From the IMG/VR virus record IMGVR_UViG_3300044712_002668, positions 62,001 through 126,000 of that record: a DNA stretch of 64,000 nucleotides. The stretch is one strand, 5' to 3'. Below are positions 59,495 through 64,000 of the stretch, piece by piece. The notes under the pieces are model-generated. The model had not been told where the DNA came from, did not search any database, and saw only the letters and a program-made list of their open reading frames with translations. Both the position numbers and the translations under genes were made by a program. Positions within the stretch are counted from its first letter, which is position 1. Each line of letters opens with the position of its first letter.

Positions 59495-61497
59495 TGTCTA
59501 GACTGCATAAGACAATTTTATCCTCTGATATCAAACAGTATATTATAAGGTCTAAAAATATACATTTCATTGAAGATGCATGTGTAATTCAGGCTGGGTT
59601 TGGAGAGGTTGAGTTTGATTTTTCCAATACACTAGCAACTTCTTGTGTATTTATATTTAAGAAATCAAAAGGTATTAGTTTTTTTAATGTTAACGGAATG
59701 CCATTATTATCCTCTAATGGATTGAGGGTTGATCTACCAGAAAATAGAAAATTAGTTTGTTCAGTAGACTCACATCATAAAGATATTTTCATTAGTGGTA
59801 TTGACTTATTTACAAATCAAAATATTTCATGGAACACATTATTAAAGATGTGTGATTCATATTCTGGATTAAGACTTGTTGGAACTGATTTATTTGCTTC
59901 TATTGGTTCAAAAATAATATCATCAAAAATATCAGAGATAAAAACAAATCCTGAAAATATGTATGTTATTAATGGTAATGTTGTAAATTTTCTTGGTTCG
60001 TGTAAAGTTACAACATTGCAATTTACTCATATAGAAGAGTGTATTAAAAACACACCAGTAGTAAATGAAGCAATTAATGTTTTAATGAAAAAATCAGAAG
60101 AGCTAGCCTCTGTTTTGGATAGTAATATGGATAATGTAATTTTTGATACATCTATACATGGTTTCAATAATGCTTTTTGTGGGCGGGATACTGATATTGA
60201 TGGTAGTTCCATTTTGATGGATTATGTAGGATCTTATCGTGTTCCTCTTAAAATGTTGCATCCTGGTCAGTATTATACCGTAGCTTTAGATGTAGAAAGG
60301 CTTAATGGTAATGCAAAGTTTTTGTTTAGCATTCAGCCTGATAACAATATGCCGCATGTTTGTATAGCTGCAGGTGGAAGGAAAACATTCAAACAACAGT
60401 TTCTAACAGATGCTAGTGGAGAGTATTTTTTAAATATAGCTAGACACCCATCTTCTACCGGTAAAATAAGAATTACAAAGATTATAATAATAGCTAATTT
60501 TAAATTAGATTTCAATGTAGCAATACCAACTATCTCTGAAATATACACTCCAAAAATAAACTATGTTGCTCCAGAATTGAAACAACAAATTTCTATCGGT
60601 GTACAATCTAGATTTAAGACTTCTTCAAATGAAGATTGTGATTCTGTAAAAAAGTCCTCTATTGAATTTGCTGACGTTGTTCCGAGTTACATTGTATCAA
60701 ATGTTTTGCCATTCAAGGGTAATGTAGATTGTTCTACTCAAGGATCTTTATCTTGGTTTTCAAAGGCTAAGCCGTTTTTGCCAGATGTTATGATGAACAA
60801 ACAATCAAGTGTATTGTTTTGTAATATTGACAATGTAAGGCAGTGTAGCACTGTTGTTTTGGAAGAGTTTGTTTCATTAAATGAAACAGCTGTAAATGCT
60901 TTAAAGACATGCAATAAAATCTTGGTATCTTCAAATAAGAATTTTTCACAACTAGTGGATGTTGGTATTTCCGAAGACAGATTGAGTTATTCTTACAGGC
61001 CATGGCCATATGTAGAGCCTGTTGAGCTAAGGCCATTACTTGGTTCTGATTTTGTTGTGGTTCCCAATAGGGATGATAAGGCTACTCGTAGACTTTTACA
61101 GTGTCTTGAATCTTCTGTACAAAAGATTGTTGTACTAGGGGCTAGAGGACAATACTCTGATTCTGTGTTTACTGTTAATGAATATTTGTATTATCCAAAT
61201 TTGTTATGGCTATTAAGAAACGCAAAGGTTATTTATGATTTTCATATTATTGATGATTATAAATCAGCTTTATTATCTATGGCTTTATCTTTAGGAACAC
61301 CAATTGTGACAAACTCATTTGCTTTTTCCAATGATTCACAGGCTGCTATAAAGCTAGGAAAAGAGCAGCATGGTAATATAATGTTGCCAAGCATAGAAGA
61401 GTTACAGAATACTTTAAAGTTTTTGCCAGACAAAAGAAATATAAATATGAATAATGATTTTCAAAAATGGATTGAAAATTTATTTAATACCAATTAA
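59494..61497 (+). CDS. Multidomain protein: beta-sandwich (CBM-like) N-terminus plus degenerate GT-B-like C-terminus
   Basis: PGQYYTVALDVE..NGN beta-sandwich; C-terminal ALSLGTPIVT resembles GT4 EAxxxGxPVI; within the GT operon. Confidence 0.4.
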   Translation: MSRLHKTILSSDIKQYIIRSKNIHFIEDACVIQAGFGEVEFDFSNTLATSCVFIFKKSKGISFFNVNGMPLLSSNGLRVDLPENRKLVCSVDSHHKDIFISGIDLFTNQNISWNTLLKMCDSYSGLRLVGTDLFASIGSKIISSKISEIKTNPENMYVINGNVVNFLGSCKVTTLQFTHIEECIKNTPVVNEAINVLMKKSEELASVLDSNMDNVIFDTSIHGFNNAFCGRDTDIDGSSILMDYVGSYRVPLKMLHPGQYYTVALDVERLNGNAKFLFSIQPDNNMPHVCIAAGGRKTFKQQFLTDASGEYFLNIARHPSSTGKIRITKIIIIANFKLDFNVAIPTISEIYTPKINYVAPELKQQISIGVQSRFKTSSNEDCDSVKKSSIEFADVVPSYIVSNVLPFKGNVDCSTQGSLSWFSKAKPFLPDVMMNKQSSVLFCNIDNVRQCSTVVLEEFVSLNETAVNALKTCNKILVSSNKNFSQLVDVGISEDRLSYSYRPWPYVEPVELRPLLGSDFVVVPNRDDKATRRLLQCLESSVQKIVVLGARGQYSDSVFTVNEYLYYPNLLWLLRNAKVIYDFHIIDDYKSALLSMALSLGTPIVTNSFAFSNDSQAAIKLGKEQHGNIMLPSIEELQNTLKFLPDKRNINMNNDFQKWIENLFNTN

Positions 61498-62418
61498 AAC
61501 ATCAATAATCCTTTCAAAAAAACTTTCATGGGATATTATTTTTAATAACCCTTCAGGATTGTGTAGGTTTTCTTTAACGGCATTTGTCATATTATTGAAA
61601 TTATCTTCGTTATAATTAATTACTTCATTATATAATGAATCCATTTTTACAGATATTTTTTTACCATCCTTTATAACGAATTTTCTTAAATCGATGTAAC
61701 TATCTGGTGAGAATTTATAATCATCTATATTATGACATCCCATATATAAAGGTACAGTGCCAGAATACCATACGTCTGGCATTTTTTCACTTAAATAGTT
61801 CCAGGAATATACTGGATCGTAGCAGTTTTCTGAACATAAAGAAAATTTTACCTCTTTTAGTATTGCGTGTTTGTCTGGAGCAGGTCCTTTATAATAAGGC
61901 TTACTTATTGGTATTTGTCCATACCAAGAAACGGGAAAACCTTTGTTGTGAAAAAGATCCGCTATAAAGCTTCTTAATTCATATAATGAAGAAATATGAT
62001 TTGTTGTTTTATTATTAGCGATAATTACTAATTCATTTCTTTTTTCATTCCATGGTTTCCAGCCATTTATAATATTTTGTGCGGAGGGTGGTTGAAACCA
62101 TGATGGGTGATTTATTGTAGTAACTTTATGTGATATAGCTGTATTTTCAAAAGCTTTTCCACACCATGCGAATATGTGTTTATGTTTATCCAAAAAATTA
62201 AGATTATAATCACATGGGTTGATACACATTGGTTCTAGAACAAGGAAACAATCGTTTGGTTGTGGGTTTTGTCCGGAGTACCAATTTATAGCTAGATTAC
62301 ACATGTCATCTCTGCGGTGAGATGACATCCATACTTTTCCTTTTTCATTTTCATATCTTGGAGTTGTTACTGGTCCATGATCCAGATAAATCATATTTAT
62401 ATTTATTTTTTCGTTCAT
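61480..62418 (-). CDS. Glycosyltransferase family 10 (alpha-1,3/4-fucosyltransferase-like)
   Basis: KFSLCSENC....NYLSEKMPDVW..GTVPLYMG matches the GT10 signature. Confidence 0.82.
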   Translation of the reverse strand: MNEKININMIYLDHGPVTTPRYENEKGKVWMSSHRRDDMCNLAINWYSGQNPQPNDCFLVLEPMCINPCDYNLNFLDKHKHIFAWCGKAFENTAISHKVTTINHPSWFQPPSAQNIINGWKPWNEKRNELVIIANNKTTNHISSLYELRSFIADLFHNKGFPVSWYGQIPISKPYYKGPAPDKHAILKEVKFSLCSENCYDPVYSWNYLSEKMPDVWYSGTVPLYMGCHNIDDYKFSPDSYIDLRKFVIKDGKKISVKMDSLYNEVINYNEDNFNNMTNAVKENLHNPEGLLKIISHESFFERIIDVLIGIK

Positions 62419-62443
62419 GTACTACCTTGATATATTTGTTGGT

Positions 62444-63196
62444 ATGCAAGAAAAATCATTTGTCATAGTTATAGCTAGTTACAAAAATGCTCCATGGTAT
62501 CGTCAGAATATACAGTCTGTATTGAATCAACGATACTCTAATTATAGGGTAATATATACTGATGATTGTTCTCCTGATAATACTGGTGGATTGATTGAGC
62601 AATTTTTACAACAAAACGATCCTGAAAAGCGTGTAACTTTAATAAAAAATCAGGAACGTAAGGGAGCTATTTACAATTTATATCATATGATTCATTCATG
62701 TAATGACGATGATATTATTATTACTGTTGATGGTGATGATTGGTTGACCAATCCAGATGTTTTATCTACACTAAACCAGGTTTATTCTAACGAAGATGTG
62801 TGGATGACATATGGTCAATATAGATCTTATCCAGATAATAGAATTGGGTGTTCAAGGCAAATTCCACCAGAAGTAGTAAACTCTTCAGGGTACCGTAAGT
62901 ATCATTGGTGCTCTTCACATCTTAGAACTTTTTATGCTTGGCTTTTCAAAAAAATCAAGCAAGAAGATTTCTTTCATAATGGAACATGGATTCCGATGAC
63001 TTGGGATTTGGCTATGATGTTTCCTATGTTAGAGATGGCAGGCACTCGGCATAAGTTTGTTTCCGATGTTTTATATATTTACAATTGTGAAAACCCAATA
63101 AATGATTCTAAGGTAAATTTACAATTACAACAAGGATTGGAGATGTTTTTCAGGTTTCAAAAACCACAATATCCTCGATTGAATAATAGGGAATAA
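62444..63196 (+). CDS. Glycosyltransferase family 2
   Basis: SVLNQ.Y.NYRVIYTDDCSPD, VDGDDWL, SHLRTF; likely start at ATG 62444. Confidence 0.88.
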   Translation: MQEKSFVIVIASYKNAPWYRQNIQSVLNQRYSNYRVIYTDDCSPDNTGGLIEQFLQQNDPEKRVTLIKNQERKGAIYNLYHMIHSCNDDDIIITVDGDDWLTNPDVLSTLNQVYSNEDVWMTYGQYRSYPDNRIGCSRQIPPEVVNSSGYRKYHWCSSHLRTFYAWLFKKIKQEDFFHNGTWIPMTWDLAMMFPMLEMAGTRHKFVSDVLYIYNCENPINDSKVNLQLQQGLEMFFRFQKPQYPRLNNRE

Positions 63197-63198
63197 AC

Positions 63199-63933
63199 AT
63201 GGCTTGTTTTAAAGAATTAGGTAAATATGGAAGGCTTGGTAATGCTTTATTTCAAATAGCAGCAACTATAGCTTATTCAAAAAGATATAATGAAAATTAT
63301 TGTTTTCCTAAATGGGAATATCAAGATTGTTTTAATTTTGATCAATCTAATTTTTTAAATCATACGCCAAGATATGATAATGTGTATAATGAAGATAAAT
63401 ATACCTATAGCAATATTCCATATAAACCAAACTGTAACTTACATGGATACTTTCAAAGTAAAAAATATTTTGAAGATCAAGAGGGTTATATAAAAAACAT
63501 CTTAACACCAAAAGAAAAAAAAGAATCTGGTTTATATGGTGATGTTTGTGGTATTCATATTCGTAGAGGAGATTATATACAATTTAAAGATTTTCATACA
63601 GTATTACAAGTGGATTATTATAGAAAAGCAATGAGTTGTATCCCGGTATCAAAGTTTTTGATTATTTCAGATGATCCGGAATGGTGCAAAATTGCTTTTG
63701 CATATGATGAGAGATGCACTGTAAAGAAACAAGGTTCTGTTATGGATGATTTTACAACACTATCAGCTTGTGGTCATAATATCATTGCAAACTCTTCTTT
63801 TTCATGGTGGGCGGCGTATTTGAATCCCAATCAAAACAAAACCGTGGTAGCTCCAAAAGAATGGTTTGGTCCAAAACTAAAAGATATTAATCCCATCTCT
63901 GATTTGATTCCTTCAGAATGGAGGTTGGTATGA
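63199..63933 (+). CDS. Glycosyltransferase family 11 (alpha-1,2-fucosyltransferase-like)
   Basis: GRLGNALFQ, GYFQS, HIRRGDY, SDD..WC, IIANSSFSWW. Confidence 0.92.
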   Translation: MACFKELGKYGRLGNALFQIAATIAYSKRYNENYCFPKWEYQDCFNFDQSNFLNHTPRYDNVYNEDKYTYSNIPYKPNCNLHGYFQSKKYFEDQEGYIKNILTPKEKKESGLYGDVCGIHIRRGDYIQFKDFHTVLQVDYYRKAMSCIPVSKFLIISDDPEWCKIAFAYDERCTVKKQGSVMDDFTTLSACGHNIIANSSFSWWAAYLNPNQNKTVVAPKEWFGPKLKDINPISDLIPSEWRLV

Positions 63934-64000
63934 CAAGAGTTATATATGCTCCGATTAATTTTGGTGATGTAGTACAAGACGGTGTTTACGATGCCTTTAG
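63930..64000 (+). CDS. Partial CDS (3'-truncated), probably the next gene of the glycan operon
   Basis: ATGA overlap with the previous stop; MTRVIYAPINFGDVVQDGVYDAF runs to the window edge. Confidence 0.5.
   Translation, partial: MTRVIYAPINFGDVVQDGVYDAF

Noticed and set aside
1-64000. Alternative genetic code (stop-codon reassignment as in some huge phages)
   Set aside because: Genes are long and tightly packed in code 11; TAA, TGA and TAG all terminate genes at sensible boundaries
1-64000. CRISPR arrays, tRNA or rRNA genes
   Set aside because: No regularly spaced repeats seen and intergenic gaps are too short or lack cloverleaf motifs; not checked with tRNAscan

Overview
AT-rich, gene-dense segment of a large myovirus-type (jumbo/huge) phage genome read in the standard genetic code. 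It holds most of a contractile-tail morphogenesis module: putative neck proteins, fibres, sheath, tube, chaperones, tape measure, hub, spike, gp25-like wedge, baseplate J-like and large wedge proteins. Accessory genes are interspersed (CapK/PaaK-like ligase, IscS-like desulfurase, cold-shock protein, Dda-like helicase, Hsp20, HAD protein, myxobacterial-style lipoprotein, HNH nucleases). A cluster of at least 9 glycosyltransferase(-like) genes, including GT10 and GT11 fucosyltransferase families, follows directly. No capsid, portal or terminase gene was recognised. The most striking unexplained signal is the tripeptide Asp-Gly-Tyr (DGY). By hand count it occurs about 32 times, often in tandem, almost only in predicted outer virion proteins, with varied synonymous codons, and never in the enzymes. 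It is a candidate sequon for a phage-encoded virion modification system, possibly Tyr O-glycosylation by the adjacent GT cluster. Other findings: two promoter-like motifs at fixed spacing from SD-less start codons, an HNH insertion that left a recoded duplicate of its target gene's 5' end, and a candidate +1 chaperone frameshift. All functional calls come from motif recognition and synteny; no database searches were run.
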